A DNA stretch of 64,000 nucleotides from Octopus vulgaris (Eukaryota): the NCBI GenBank assembly GCA_951406725.2, contig OX597825.1, positions 46,624,001-46,688,000 of the forward strand. The letters run 5' to 3'. Below are positions 1 to 13,470 of the stretch, piece by piece. Under the pieces are notes generated by a model. It did no database searches. It was given only the letters and a program-made list of their open reading frames with translations, and was not told the origin of the DNA. The position numbers and the translations under genes were made by a program. Numbering within the stretch: the first letter of the stretch is position 1; each line of letters opens with the position of its first letter.

Positions 1-480
1 GGAGGAAGCTCACAGAAATATTCTGTTGGTAAAAAAATTCTCTTTCTATGAGTGAAAGGTAAATTGTATGATGCTTGTCTATGAACAGCAATGCTACATG
101 GTAGTGAAACTTGAGCTGGGAATGTAGAAACATGTGAAGGTTAGAAAGAAATGAAACTAGCATGCTGCATAGGATGTGCAATGTTAATGTGGATATATGA
201 CAAGGTGAAAATGTATTGAGAGAAATACTGAGCATAAGAGGCATCAGAAAATAGTGTGCAAGAGAGAAGATTGCGCTGATATAGTCATGTAATGTGCATA
301 GACTATTACAGCTGCATAAAGAAGTGTTGATCACTAAATGTGGATAGAATTTGTTGAAGAGGGAGATGAAGTGGGATGAAGTAGTGAAAAATGACCTCAA
401 GATGTTAAATTTCATGGAGGAGATGACAAAGGACCTTGATAATTGATTTTCTTACTCAACAGATTCATCCATCTAAGTAA
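1..480 (+). mobile_element. Degraded RTE-clade LINE 3' fragment
   Basis: atgctacatggtagtgaaact (LHGSET motif) and decayed downstream RTE C-terminal sequence; resembles fragments at 31190-32260 and 42560-44345. Confidence 0.6.
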
Positions 481-1856
481 AAAATGAGGCTCTAAAAGCA
501 AATCATTTACATTTAATTTCCTGCACCTAATCTGTCCTCAATGACTCTCTCTCTCCATGCTACATCTCATCTTCCTAATACCCACCCCTCTATCACTCTT
601 TTGACTATGACACAACTCACTCAGCTGCTGTAATTACGAGAGTGGAACTGCACATATTTCATCCCCTCACCTGGAACCACTTTCTTTGTCTCACACATTC
701 TCAGTGTCATTCCTTATCATGTTACTTTCCACTGAACATCCTTTCCACCACCCATTTGCCCTCTACACCTCTCATTTCACCAATGGCAGTTTCTCCCATT
801 ATTTCTGTTTGTCTTCCACCTTTTTGTGCCTCTGACTTCGTCCTTGGCACTCTTGTACCTCACTCACACACTTCACATCATCTTTTATGTCACATTTTAC
901 CTCCCTAACAACACTAACTTTCTCCACTTGCCCCTCCAACTGAAATTCATGATTGACTGCACCTCTAATCATGTAGACTGTAGAATATTTACTTAGTGAT
1001 TCTCTATAATTACTTTGGCAAGAACGGTTATGTCTATGTGTCACCAATGAAGTCATGCGAAGACCAAACATGTCCAGAGTTGTTAACCATGTTTGCCTAA
1101 ACAATTAAAACAATACTAATCTTTGACTGATTTTGTTTATTATCTTCATTGTATAATTATTTCTAGTTGACTTTTAATACTACATATATATATGTTAACA
1201 CTATTTTATCTGACTGTCTGTCTATTAATCTTTTTATCTACACATTTGTCTGTCTGTCTATCTACCTGTCCATCCATCCATCCATCCATCCATCCGTCTG
1301 TCTGTCTGACTACCTTATCACATAGTTTTAGTAAACTAATTAATATTCGTCATCATCATTATTTAATGTCTGTTTTCCATACTGTTATAGGCTGCATAGT
1401 TTGACCGGAGCCAACAAACCAAAAACTGTGCCAAATGCCAATGTCTGTTTTGGCATGGTTTCAATAGCTGGATGCCCTCCTTAATGCCAACTACTTCACA
1501 GAGTGTACTGTGGGCTTTTTACATGGCATCAGCACTAGTGAGGTCACTGATATTCTATGTAATAGATTTGCCAATTTTGATAAAAATCTAAGTAAATTTG
1601 AAACTTATCTGATTGTTCAATGTATGTTCTTACTTTGTCTTTGACATTCACTTCTGAAAATGTTTTGCAAGAAAAATTTCAGTCATACTAAATGTGACTT
1701 CATGTCCAGAATTAATTATTTTTGTTTCATATTGCATTGTAGTTGTGAAATTAATTTCTACTAACAATTATATAATCTTAACAAAATAAACTTAGAAAGT
1801 ATTTTCAATCTTCTTTAGAAAAGATGCAAGTTAATATTAATATTTGTTTCCAATAG

Positions 1857-1908
1857 ATATCCCAGCAGTCATGTTCCAGTTACCACTTTTCCATGACGAC
1901 CTGCCTTT
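1857..1908 (+). CDS. M13 (neprilysin/ECE-like) gene, first coding exon visible in window (upstream exons outside window)
   Basis: caatag|AT...TT|gtaagt; translates xIPAVMFQLPLFHDDLP(L), matching the M13 segment VFPAGILQPPFF; phase joins exon at 18481. Confidence 0.85.
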
Positions 1909-2665
1909 GTAAGTTTTTTTTAATTCTCAATCATGCTCTTCCTCATTATCATCATTCCTGCCTCTTGTTCTATTTAAAACTCTTGATGCTATATTCTTAC
2001 TTGTTGAATCTGAAGACAAGATTCAACAAGTAGGAAAAATATTTTAATCCTTCTATATATCTCTCCTTGCCCCCTCTCCCTCTCTCTCCTGGGCTAGGGA
2101 GAACTGACATACATAAAAGCTATATAGAAAAAGGGAGGAGAGTGCTATTAGTGATGGCTGTGGTTTTACAACTGGATCGAAAGATGTTGCAGTCATACAC
2201 TATTAGCAGTGTTTTTTTTTTTTGCAATATGTACAACTATAGTTAAAACAGAATAAATGAATATAAAGACATATTTGCAAACAACTTTTTGAGTGATCTC
2301 AGAAACATCACAGTTGATGTAATTTTGATTATAGTATCATACTGATTTTACCTCCAGGAACTATTTGATATTGAACTTCAATAGATACATTTATTATTAC
2401 CACATAAAACTATCATTTGAATTGATGCTAGTTCAAAAAGAATAATCTTTTTTATCAATTAGTGAACTATTGAAAAAGATTACATGAATGACTGTTAGAC
2501 CAACTGAGTTTTTCCATTGAAATGGTTTACTGTATTAATTACTATTTACCTGTGTGGATGTATCAATCTGTATAATGCATACACACATGTGTGTATGTAT
2601 GTATGTATGTATGTATGTATGTATGCATTTATGTATGTATGTATGTATGTATGTATGTATGTATG

Positions 2666-2714
<49 letters not shown>

Positions 2715-2729
2715 GTATATATATATATG

Positions 2730-2779
<50 letters not shown>

Positions 2780-2780
2780 A

Positions 2781-4010
2781 CTTTGCCTTAATTAAAGCAG
2801 GTTATACAGAGAAAATTTTCTACATAGATTCTACTCAGTCTTATTCTAACTTCAATAATGTAGATATGAAATCTCGTTGTAAAAGAATTATTGATAACAA
2901 ACATAACTTATGCGCCGATACAAAGCGGATGAAGGGAGATAACCCTTATTTAATCCCCTATTATCATTCTAAAGGTAAACGTAACACTTTCAAAATTAAT
3001 TACACTAAAAATAAGATAAAAAATACTAGTAAAAATATTTGGCTAATAGTTCCATACAGGAGAAAAATTAAATCTAATCTCCCACTGCTATTTCGTCAAG
3101 CTATTGTTAGGAATTTTCCAAAGAATTCTAGGTTTTACTCTATTATCAATTTACATATGGTTAGGATTGGTTTTTCCAACACAAAAAAATCTCTTACAAA
3201 TTATCTCTTCACATAAATATTAATACATTTAGTAATACTAACATTAATTTAGCTAATACCATCCATCCCTCTAGAAATATTAATAACAAGGTTATTGTAT
3301 CTGAAGTCTATTCCAACAGAATTAAGTTTATGTCAAGTAACTCTAAAATTAAAAATTCTATGTACCAGTGTATAATCAATACTAGTAATAAAGTACGATT
3401 TTACATTGGAAGCACGTCGTTAGAGTTATCTAAAAGAATTTCTATCCATTACTCAACATTTAGGGATAGAAATAAACGTAACAGTACTGGACTCAGTAAA
3501 TTAATTTGGGATCTAAAAGACCACAATGAACAATTTAATTTAGAATGGTTGATTCTCTCAATCTCGATACCTTATGACAAAGGCATGGAATTCTGTCTTC
3601 TCTGTAATTCTGAGCTGTTTTTCATTATTTTTTTCTAAAAATCCCCTAGTAAACATGGTTATAGAGCGAGCATACCGATGTAAACATTGGACAAAAACAC
3701 ACCTTTAGTTCATATAAGTGATCTCTATCATTATATATAATTTAAACATTAATTTCCTTTATATTCAACATTCACTATAAATATCCCTACTCTTTCTATA
3801 GGCTACTTCTGATGTTATATCATATAACATTTTTTCAAACAATATTAATAGCGTTTAGTAAATCACTATACATATCCATCATTTTTTGCTAAAATGTCTT
3901 ATTGACAAGTTTCGTTTTTTCACTTCCCTGAGGAGAAGATTGCATTGTTTTATACCATTTATTCTTTTGAATAATATCAGTGAAATCTTCGAAACATGTG
4001 TCGAAAGTAA
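2781..4010 (+). mobile_element. Penelope-like element 3' part: RT thumb/linker, GIY-YIG endonuclease, terminal hammerhead
   Basis: ORF 3330-3638 MYQC...FYIGST...RISIH...LSKLIWDLKD...CLLC is a PLE-type GIY-YIG; linker IWLIVPY in ORF 2554-3216; hammerhead at 3921-4008. Confidence 0.8.
3921..4008 (+). ncRNA. Hammerhead ribozyme motif (PLE-associated)
   Basis: CTGAGGA (3928) - stem II GAAGATT/AATCTTC - GAAA (3991) - CATGT-GTC; short imperfect stem I cacttcc/gaaagt. Confidence 0.65.
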
Positions 4011-4056
4011 AAGCATTTGATTTATACCTGCGTTAAATTCCATTTATATATATATA

Positions 4057-5514
4057 TGTAAATGTAATAAGTGACAATTATTCGGTAGCAAGATAAAACT
4101 CTGAGTTTCGGATGCCTAGGTGGAAATCCACACCACCATCTCTTCAGTTATCCGGCAATCGGAAAAACGCTATGAAAAATGACCGTTATACAAAGGGAAA
4201 TTACTGTGTTATTGACCGCTATTTACAGAGGGTAATTTCAAGGCTAGGTTTAATAATCACACTTTGAGCTTTAGGCACTGGGACAAAAGGAAAACGACCA
4301 AATTATCCAGTCATATATGGTCATTAAAAGATAAAGGTGTCAGTTACAAGATCCGTTGGGAGATTTTAGCCAAATGTAAGTCCTACACCAACGGCAGCGG
4401 AAAGTGCGGTCTATGCGACATGGAAAGATGGCTCATCTGTTAAAGCAGCTTAGACCCCGCTACATGTCTAAACTCAAGGACAGAACTTTTCAGATCATGG
4501 CCATATGTGACCAAATTTTTGCTACAGATAGAATTTGCTTTCTATATTATGTCCATGCACAAGATTTTTTACCTCATTATATACCTTTTACTTTGATTTT
4601 ATTTATATATTTTTTATACATATATTTCTTACATATTATAGAGAATTTGGTTTATAGATATATTTTTTACACATAATTTTTTCTGTACAATACCTTCCAC
4701 CCTGCATTTTTTCCTATACCTATATAGATGTGTATATGGAATCCTTTGTGCGCGTGTGTGGATGTGTACGTGTGAGCGGGTATGTGTGTATATAGATATG
4801 TGCATGTGTGCGGGCATGCGAGTACGTATGTATATAGACGTATTTTACTCAGTGTTTTTACAAAATTTCCCTATATATATATGTGTGTGTGTGTGTGAGT
4901 ATGTGTGTGTGTGCACGCGTGCGTGTGTGTATTTTTTTTTAAACGTATATATAATCCTTTTTGTGCGTGCGTGTGTGTGTGCGTATATAGACGTGTGCGG
5001 GTATGTGCGTATATAAACGTGGTTTACTCTTTGTATACTTCCTTATGCCTTTTTTCTGTATTGTTACCCATAACCCTGTTTTTTCTTGTGCTTGTGCGTA
5101 TGTAGATGTATGTATGAACTTTTACGGTGGGCGTGTGAGTGTGTGGGTTTGTATGTATTTGCATATACATTTGGCGAAAGATGTGAGTGAAGATGTGTAA
5201 GTTTTTCTAGTGAGGGTGGACGAATGTATGCATACGCATGTGGGTGTGCAGGCGCACATGTATACATGTATACTATGAACTTTTTACCCTTAATTAGCGG
5301 TAAAATTACCCTTAATTAGCGGTCATTCAAATAGCTCTTTTGTCTCAATAGCAGTCAATAACACAGTTATTTCCCTTTGTATAATGGTCATTTTTCATAG
5401 CGTTTTCCCGGTGGCCGGATAACTGAAGAGATGGTGGTGTGGATTTCCACCTCAGCATCCGAAACTCAGAGTTTTATCTTGGCTACCGAATAATTGTCAC
5501 ATATTACATTTACA
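4057..5514. mobile_element. Penelope-like element with inverted terminal repeats each containing a hammerhead
   Basis: 4057-4225 is the reverse complement of about 5345-5514; internal + strand GIY-YIG remnant 4236-4510 (FKARFNNHTLSFRH...LSSHIWSLKD...CGLC). Confidence 0.75.
5417..5480 (+). ncRNA. Hammerhead ribozyme motif (second copy on - strand at 4092-4154)
   Basis: GATAA-CTGAAGA-GATG...CATC-C-GAAA-CTCAGAG-TT-TTATC: core, stems I, II and III all pair. Confidence 0.7.
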
Positions 5515-5592
5515 GATAAATTCTTCTATTTACATAATATTAAGGTCTCTTTCTTTCTTTTGTTATCTTACCATTTTTACCAATATATATAT

Positions 5593-5624
<32 letters not shown>

Positions 5625-5814
5625 CATCATCATCATCGTTTAACGTCTGCTCTCCATGCTAGCATGGGTTGGACGGTTCGACTGGGGTCTGGGAAGCCAG
5701 GAGGCTGCTCTAGGCCCAGTCTGATCTGGCAGTGTTTCTACAGCTGGATGCCCTTCCTAATGCCAACCACTCGTTTGGTGCTTTTTACGCGCCAATATAT
5801 ATATCTATATATAC

Positions 5815-5874
<60 letters not shown>

Positions 5875-5931
5875 TGACTAAACTGGCAAAATGACCATTC
5901 CGAAATATAACAATATATATATATATATATA

Positions 5932-7233
5932 CGAGGGGTGTATGAAAAGTCTTGAGCTTCAAAAAAAAAAAAACATGGTACAAGACTTCTGAAGATTTAT
6001 TTTTCAACATAATCCCCCTCAATGGCTGAACACTTTCTCCAGTGGTGCTGAAGTGCCATTATACTGTTGTAGAAGAACTCTTTTGCGTGAGACTCCAAGA
6101 AACTTCCTACGGCATCTTTGACATCATTGTTACTGGCAAAATGGTGACCAGACAGGGTTTTTTTTCATTTTTGGAGATAGATGAAAGTGAGAGAGAGCTA
6201 AGTCTGGTGAATAAAGCAGATGGGGAACAAGTTCGTATCCACAATCACTAATTGTTTCCATGGCAACAACTGAAGTGTGGAGTGGAGCATTGTCGTGATG
6301 AAAAGGACTCCTCTGGTGAGCATTCCCGGCCTTTTTTCTTTGATTGCTTCTCGGAGGCATTTCAGTAGCTGAGAATAATACAGCCTTGTTACTGTGTGAC
6401 CTTTTTCAAGGTAATCGATCAGCAAGACACCTTGAGAATCCAAAAATACGGACGCGATGACCTTGCCAGCTGAATGAATGACCCTGGCCTTCTTTGTGGT
6501 AGGAGAAGATGTGTGCTTCCACTGCTTTGATTGTTCTTTGGTTTCAGGTTGGTGGTGATGAACCCAAATGTCGTCCATAGTAATGAAATAAGCAAGAAAA
6601 TTCTCTTCATTGGTTTCAAACAGTTCCAGATTGCCCATGAAGAGAGTGCACCTGGTGCATTTCTGTCCAAGAGTCAAAAGGCTAGGGACCTACCTTGCGG
6701 AAACCTTTGAGAACCTAAGTTCATTTGTCACAATGTTGTCTGCTCTTTCAGTTGAGATGTCTAGTCTCTCGGCTATCTGATGACATAATATTCGGCGATC
6801 TTGCATTATCATTCCAAGAGTAAGGCTAAGGTTGTCCTTGGTGGTGGTAGTTGGAGGTCTCCTTGGTCTGGGATCATCTTCCACACTCTCTCTGTCACGC
6901 TTGAATTCATTTACGCGGCATTTGGCTGTTGCATATGAAGGAGCATTGTCTGTTAAGGTTCTAACCATATCTTCATGGATTTCTGATGGAGCCATGCCTT
7001 TCAAATGAAGGTACTTTATGACAGCACGATACTCAGTTTTCTCCATTTTCCTTGTAACCTCGACACTTGTTTATTCAAAAATCTGCAACAAAAAAAAAAA
7101 AAAAAATATCAGAAACATGAAAATGATTAAGAATATTCCGAAAAGACTGTACTTATCAGAAAAAATTATTTCAGCTATATAGCAGCCCCATTTCTAGGTT
7201 AGGCTCAAAACAAAACTTTTCATACATCCTTCG
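5932..7233 (-). mobile_element. Mariner DNA transposon, full length, transposase disrupted
   Basis: TIRs cgaggggtgtatgaaaagt / acttttcatacatccttcg; ORFs 6690-7046 (HTH), 6198-6677 (ITMDDIWV), 6130-6360 (HDNAPLH, YSPDLA). Confidence 0.92.
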
Positions 7234-7250
7234 TGTGTGTGTGTGTGTGT

Positions 7251-7305
<55 letters not shown>

Positions 7306-7345
7306 TATCAATATATGTATTTACATACATACATGTATGTATGTA

Positions 7346-7399
<54 letters not shown>

Positions 7400-8539
7400 G
7401 GCACCCCAATAATTCCATGTATGGCAATTCCACGCTGGCAATTTCATACATGACAATTCAGTGCAAGGACAGTTCAATGCAAAGATAATTCTCTTGGATC
7501 ATTGTTCTCAGGACATCATTTGATGCTTCAGCCCTCTCATGAATATTTGAAAGCATCTACTTCATTGCTAATACTGCTGGCTGTGGTGCATGACTATGCT
7601 CCTTGACATCTTTCCGTAAACTTCCATTAACATGGATACAACCTTTGCATTTGTCTTCAGTACATTGCCCTTTTGAAGTTTTCCATTTTGAGGTTTTCTA
7701 TCTAAACAATAGCAAAATCTATTTAATAAAATGTGTTCACACCCTTTCTCTCATAAAATTCACTCCATAGAGCTCGTTTTTTTAAATTTTTGAATTAGTA
7801 AATGTTTGTAATCAACTGAAATTCCAAAAAGGAAAAATATACCATCCTAGGTTTGTAAAGTAACAGTAATGAAATGGTATACTCATAGCATAAAATTTGT
7901 GCACCACATTTGATTATTGACTCTGATACTTAGAGATGATTGACAGTGGCCCTCATTGACACGCCAGGATTTTCATTGACAATGCTCTAGACTTACTGGG
8001 CAAACTTGACTTTACTGACTATGTCTGACTGTTAAGAATATTTCTTTCTTTTGGTTCTGAAAGACACATTCCTGCTAAAAGCTAGGAGCTCTTTTCTGGT
8101 ATTAAATATGAAATGACTTGGTGACATTTCAAATGGTCACAATTTCAGAATCACTTTGGTTGGCAGCTAAGGTGCTGAGAATGGCATGTCTTTTCATCAG
8201 CTGCATTAGATTCAGAGCTTCTATGTGGGGGCTGAAAAAGGAGAGGATCTTTAGTTAAAGTCTGGGCCACTTATGGTTCTTAAAATTTTTTTCTCAAATA
8301 CCTGACATACTCTATATATCATGAATCAACAATTCCGTGCATGACAATTCAGCACCGACAATTTCCTGCATGGCAGTTCAGTGCAAAGACAATTCAGTGC
8401 ATCGTGTTTATGTGTATATGAAGTTTTATTTCATTTATTTTGTTTTCAAAATTTCTAAACTTGTCAACTTCATGAATAAGTAGTAATATTTAGATTGTTA
8501 ATACTAATGACCATTGAATAAGTAGTAGCATTTTCAATT

Positions 8540-9200
8540 GTTATTAGTCTAAAAACCTATATTCAGTAACACCCAGGAGAACCATATGATCTGGTCAAAG
8601 TACTTACTGAACAAATTCAAGCATCTCGAGGAGCCTGACATGCTCTGAGTCTTCTCAGATAATAAGAACTTTGTCCAAGATAAAAAAAAAATGAACAAGA
8701 TAAATGATGGATGGTTTTGTTTCATTCCCACTGAAGTCCCTACTGTTATGCAGACCAAGTTCCCATCGTCAGTGATAGTTTTGGGGGTCATGAGCAATGA
8801 GGGCCATGCTATTCTGCCTTACTTTTTCATATAAGGTCTTAGGGTCACTGCAGCCAACATCAAGACAATAGTTGAGAAGGCTGTATGTGTTCTAGCAAGA
8901 CTCTGCTCCCTCTAACACAGTCTGCATGACCCCGAAGTGAATGGTTGGAAATTTTTATAATCATGTTATTCCCAACATTTGGCCTCCTAACTTTTCTGAT
9001 TTAAACCTCCGTGCTACTACATCAGGGGCATCATTGAGAGGAAGACCAACAGGCATTCTCCCAATATCAAGAACTTGTTGGTGTCTGCTATTGGGGATGT
9101 TATGGCCAATGCATTTAATCATTTCAGAAGTTGTATTGAGGCAGTAATTAAGTCTGATGGCAGTTTAATGAATAGCTGTTTGCTATGTGTAAGCAGGACT
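8540..9200 (+). mobile_element. Degraded Tc1-like transposase fragment
   Basis: FSE*KNFVQD, QDSAP and IWPPNFSDLN remnants of the DD34E domain; many stops. Confidence 0.65.
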
Positions 9201-9507
9201 ATGTGTATCAAATTTTATAAAAATATATTGGTTTTTCTAATAGATATTTTCGTTTTCCTTAGATTATAATTTTCTTCTCAAATGGCCACAATGAAACAAG
9301 TAAAAAGATAAATAGCTAATGCACCATGCATTGCATACATGAATAGATGGATTGATGGATGTACACACATACATTTAGGCAAACCCTACTTTTTTCCGTC
9401 AAGGGCTTATATGCCCCAATATTAGACTATTTACCTCAGTCAATGCATGGTGATCACTTATTAGCTTTACGCTTATAAGATAATATATTTAATATATTTA
9501 TATATTA

Positions 9508-9986
9508 CATGGAAAAATGCGAGCATGGAAAGTAATACTCTTAAGATTATAAACCTGGAAAAGTACAGGATAAGTTATAACACCTGTAAAAATATAGGAC
9601 AAACTTTTTACTTAAAATATTGCAACAAAGAATACCAGTTCTTCTAATTCATCATCTTTACAGTTCTCGTCTTTTAAATTTATTGTTCAAAACTCTTCAG
9701 CTAATTTGTAAGTTTGTCTAATTAGTCACTTTTTCCTGTATTTAATGTAGTAAATTAGCCAAATTCTACTTAAATAAGTATAGTGTTATTTGTAAACTAT
9801 AATAAAATAATTTTTAATATTGAAATTTTAATTTTAGCTGCAATATTTTAAGTAAAAGTTTCTTATTCTTTACTTTACTTGAAGTAATAGCTTGTCCTAT
9901 ACTTTTACAGGTGTAATAACTTGTCCTGTACTTTTCCAGGTTTATAATCTTAAGATTATTACTTTTCATGCTTGCATTTTTCCATG
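9508..9986. mobile_element. Foldback/MITE with long terminal inverted repeats
   Basis: catggaaaaatgcgagcatggaaagtaat... at 9508 pairs with ...attacttttcatgcttgcatttttccatg ending 9986 over more than 100 bp. Confidence 0.75.
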
Positions 9987-10159
9987 ATTTTTTCTCAAAT
10001 ACCTAAAAAAATCCATGATTTTTCCAGGCATTGCTGTTATAAGATAATTAATAATGTGTCAATTAATAATTTAGGATTTTATCTTATAAAATACTGAAAG
10101 ATAATATTTAAATTTTTCCATGTAAGTGATGATAATATTTAAATTTTTTTCATTCTTTT

Positions 10160-10338
10160 ATTTGTTTGTTTCTGTCATTTGACTGTGGCCGTGCTGGAAC
10201 ACCGCCTTTAGTCGAGCAAATCGACCCCAGGACTTATTCTATCAGTCTCTCTTGCCGAACCACGAAGTGACGGGGATATAAACACACCAGCATCGGTTTG
10301 TTGGGGGAACAAACACAGACACACAAACATATACATAC

Positions 10339-10391
<53 letters not shown>

Positions 10392-10554
10392 GACGGGCTT
10401 CTTTCAGTTTCCATCTACCAAATCCACTCACAAGGCTTTGGTTGACCCGAGGTTATAGTAGAAGACACTTGCCCAAGGTGCCACGCAATGGAACTGAACC
10501 TGGAACCATGTGGTTGGTAAGCAAGCTACTTACCACACAGCCACTCCTGCGCCT
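10160..10554 (-). mobile_element. tRNA-derived SINE (octopus-type) with internal microsatellite
   Basis: - strand begins ggcgcaggagtggctgtgtggtaag...ggttccaggttcagttcc (A/B boxes); related copies at 12911-13041 plus 13780-13980 (+) and 36890-37280 (-). Confidence 0.85.
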
Positions 10555-10749
10555 AAATGTTTGTACCTTCAATTTTACGTTTTATAAACCAAAAAAACAT
10601 TTTTAATTTCCAAATTTAAGAAAATGTTCTTGTTAATTTTTTTTTATATATGAATTTTGTTCCTAAATAATCATTAATCAATCATACAATCTATGTCTTA
10701 AATTTAATTTTTAGTTACAATTCCACTGAATTTTGTTATTTATTTTTTT

Positions 10750-11430
10750 TACATTTTTTTCCATAAATAGTAAAACAATGTCAGGCAATTTGGGAGGAAA
10801 TTTAGTATGTATTTTTGTAATGATGTTGTAACTGATTTCATCTCAAATATCATCTCCAGTCCTCTATGAATAAAAGCAGTTTGTAGAGTAAAATTTGTGC
10901 CAAATATTTGCTGCCTTTTTGAACTGAAGTTCATTATATCACATTTGATTCTATCTTCCATATCAATATTTTGATTAATTAGAAATGTATTAATTTGAAT
11001 AACGAGATATTTAAATTCAGGAGGAAATTCAATTCTGGACATAATTTCATGTTCAGTATTGAACGAACATGTTTTGCAATTTTTTGTAATTGAATATGTT
11101 GTGGTTTTAGTAATCAAAAATTTAAATTGTTGGTTGCGAAAACAACACTTCTCTTAAATCAATAGGTAGTTGTGATTGTCTGCCACAACCAGGAGTTGTA
11201 TTGCAGTTGCAAATTTCATTTTTGCAAGTATGTTGATGCAAAAGTTAACATCTAGCAGTGTCATACTTGATGAATGTAAACTTTTGTTGAAATTCCATTT
11301 CAAAATGAAGATAAATTTCTTTCCAAAATTCATGAGCACATTGTTAACTTCCATCATTAAATCTTTGACCAATAATTCATTTTAAATTTGTGACAGTGTT
11401 TTGATTATGATAAAGAATATTCGGGCATGT
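10750..11430 (-). pseudogene. Degraded ubiquitin-specific-protease (C19)-like domain, intronless, probably transposon-borne
   Basis: - strand S*QCAHEFW (QQDAHEF-like), CKTC, YLVIQINTF (LIIQLKRF-like) and FTLQTAFIHRG (His-box-like) in USP order; stops and frameshifts. Confidence 0.45.
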
Positions 11431-11534
11431 GATTTAGGTAGCTGCTATTTTTAGCGTGTTGAACGACCATGTAGAGGTTCTTTTATTGGTTCAATTGCAT
11501 TATGAGATTTTTTTACACATTTATGTAATATGTA

Positions 11535-12801
11535 CGAGGGGCGTTCAATAAGTAATGCCCCTGACCCACTTCCCATAGCAGTAGAGCAACGAGACTTGGC
11601 ACAGTTATTAGTCTTTTTCTACATAGGAACCACCCAGAGTTACGCATTTCTCCCATTGTTTGATGCAGCTCTGGAGACCGTTTTTGTAGAAGATCCCCGC
11701 TTGGTCCTCCAAACACGACATGACTTCATAAATCAAGGCTGCATCATCTTTCAAAAACAACTTCATGGCTGGGAAGAGGTGAAAATCAGAGGGTGCAAGG
11801 TCAAGAGAGTAGGGGGGCGAAGGAGGAGTTCATAGTCGCACGCCTGTGCTTCTGATCTGGGAGCAAGCGAGTTGTGGACCGGACCGTTGTCCTGCAGGAG
11901 GATGCCTTTGCTGATCTTGCTCCACCTCTTGATTTTGATAGCTTCTCTTAATTTCCTCAAAAGTGAAGCATAATAGGCTCCTGTAATTGTGGTACCCTTT
12001 GCCAGGAAATCTGTCATCACTACTCCGTCCTGGTCCCAGAAGACTGTGAGCATGACCTTGCCAGTGGAGGGCTGCACCCTTGCCTTCTTTGGAGGAGGAG
12101 AGTCATGGTGCTTCCACTGCATTGACTGGGCTTTGGTCTCTGGATCATAGTGATGGACCAAGGTTTCATCCTATGTAATCAGTCTTTTGAAAAATTTTGA
12201 CTCATCTTCTTGGCACATCTCCAAATTCATCCTCGAGCACTCGACGTGTTCTTGCTTCTGGAAAGGTGTGAGCAACCTGGGAATCCATCTGGCAGACACC
12301 TTTTGCATATGCAAATGGTCATGAATGATAGTTTCCACAGACCCAGTACTAATCTTGACCTCATGGGCTATTTGGCGAATAGTTATGCATCGATCTTCCA
12401 AAATGGCAGCCGCAACTTGACAGACAGATGCCTCATCAATGGCAGAAGTGGGGCGACCAGATCTGGGAGCTGTTTCCACAGAGTTACGACAATGTTTGAA
12501 TTCACGATGCCAGCGTTTTACAAGGTCATATGATGGGGCATCATCACCATAAGTTACTTTCATTTCATCAAAAGCCTCCCGTGGTGTGCGTCCTTTCAAA
12601 TACAAAAACCGGATCACTGCTCGACACTCAACAGGCTCCATTTCACACTTGACTCAGTTCAAACACCTGTAAATCAGAAACCACAATTGGTTCAGAGCTA
12701 CTACTTAATCTATAGAGATATAAATGATTGCACATGCAAAATTTCAGCTAGATCAAACAACTGCAAGTGGGTCAGGAACATTACTTATTGAACGTCCCTC
12801 G
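11535..12801 (-). mobile_element. Mariner DNA transposon, full length, TA TSD, transposase with stop/frameshift
   Basis: TA|cgaggggcgttcaataagtaatg...cattacttattgaacgtccctcg|TA; ORFs 12171-12641 (WIPRLL) and 11763-12161 (QDNGPVH). Confidence 0.95.
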
Positions 12802-13039
12802 TATATACATCATCGGCAGAAGTTAGAGAGTAAGTCAAAAGCTGAGAGTTTCATGTATTGGCTCTTATCAAACATGAATTTATTCATTGTCACTCTTTAA
12901 TGAAATCATAGGCGCAGGAGTGGCTTACCAACCACATGGTTCCGGGTTCAGTCCGCATGTAAGTGTCTTCTACTATAGCCTCGGGCTGACCAAAGCCTTA
13001 TGAGTGGATTTGGTAGACAGAAATGGAAAGAAGCCCGTC

Positions 13040-13099
<60 letters not shown>

Positions 13100-13151
13100 G
13101 TCAGACCACCAGCCCTCTTTCACACGCACATACATATTCTCTTATACACAC

Positions 13152-13470
13152 ACTCTCGTGGAAGCGCCATCCAACCAAAATGCAAATATATGGGAAACTA
13201 CCACCTGTGTCATCTCTTGTGAAAGGTAGGAGAGTCCAGTTTGCTGGACATTGTTGTAGAGCTGAAAAAGAAGTAATTTCTACTCTTCTCCTCTGGAAGC
13301 CATCTACTCGCAATACCAGAGGGCGCACACTCTCCTACCCTGATGTAATCTCCAGGGATACAGGCATCCAGCAACAGGACCTCCGTAATGCCATGATGGA
13401 CCGTGAAGTCTGGTGTAGCATGGTAAATTCCATTGTCTCGACCACGGTCGAACAATGATGAATGATGATG
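13152..13470 (+). mobile_element. 5'-truncated copy of the RTE LINE at 33484-36771, inserted into a SINE
   Basis: LSWKRHPTKMQ...VSTTVEQ* near-identical to the end of the 1041-aa ORF; (TGA)n tail; a shorter copy lies at 27451-27583. Confidence 0.92.

Noticed and set aside
10480-10554. tRNA-like sequence
   Set aside because: It is the head of a repeated SINE without a full cloverleaf, not a tRNA gene.
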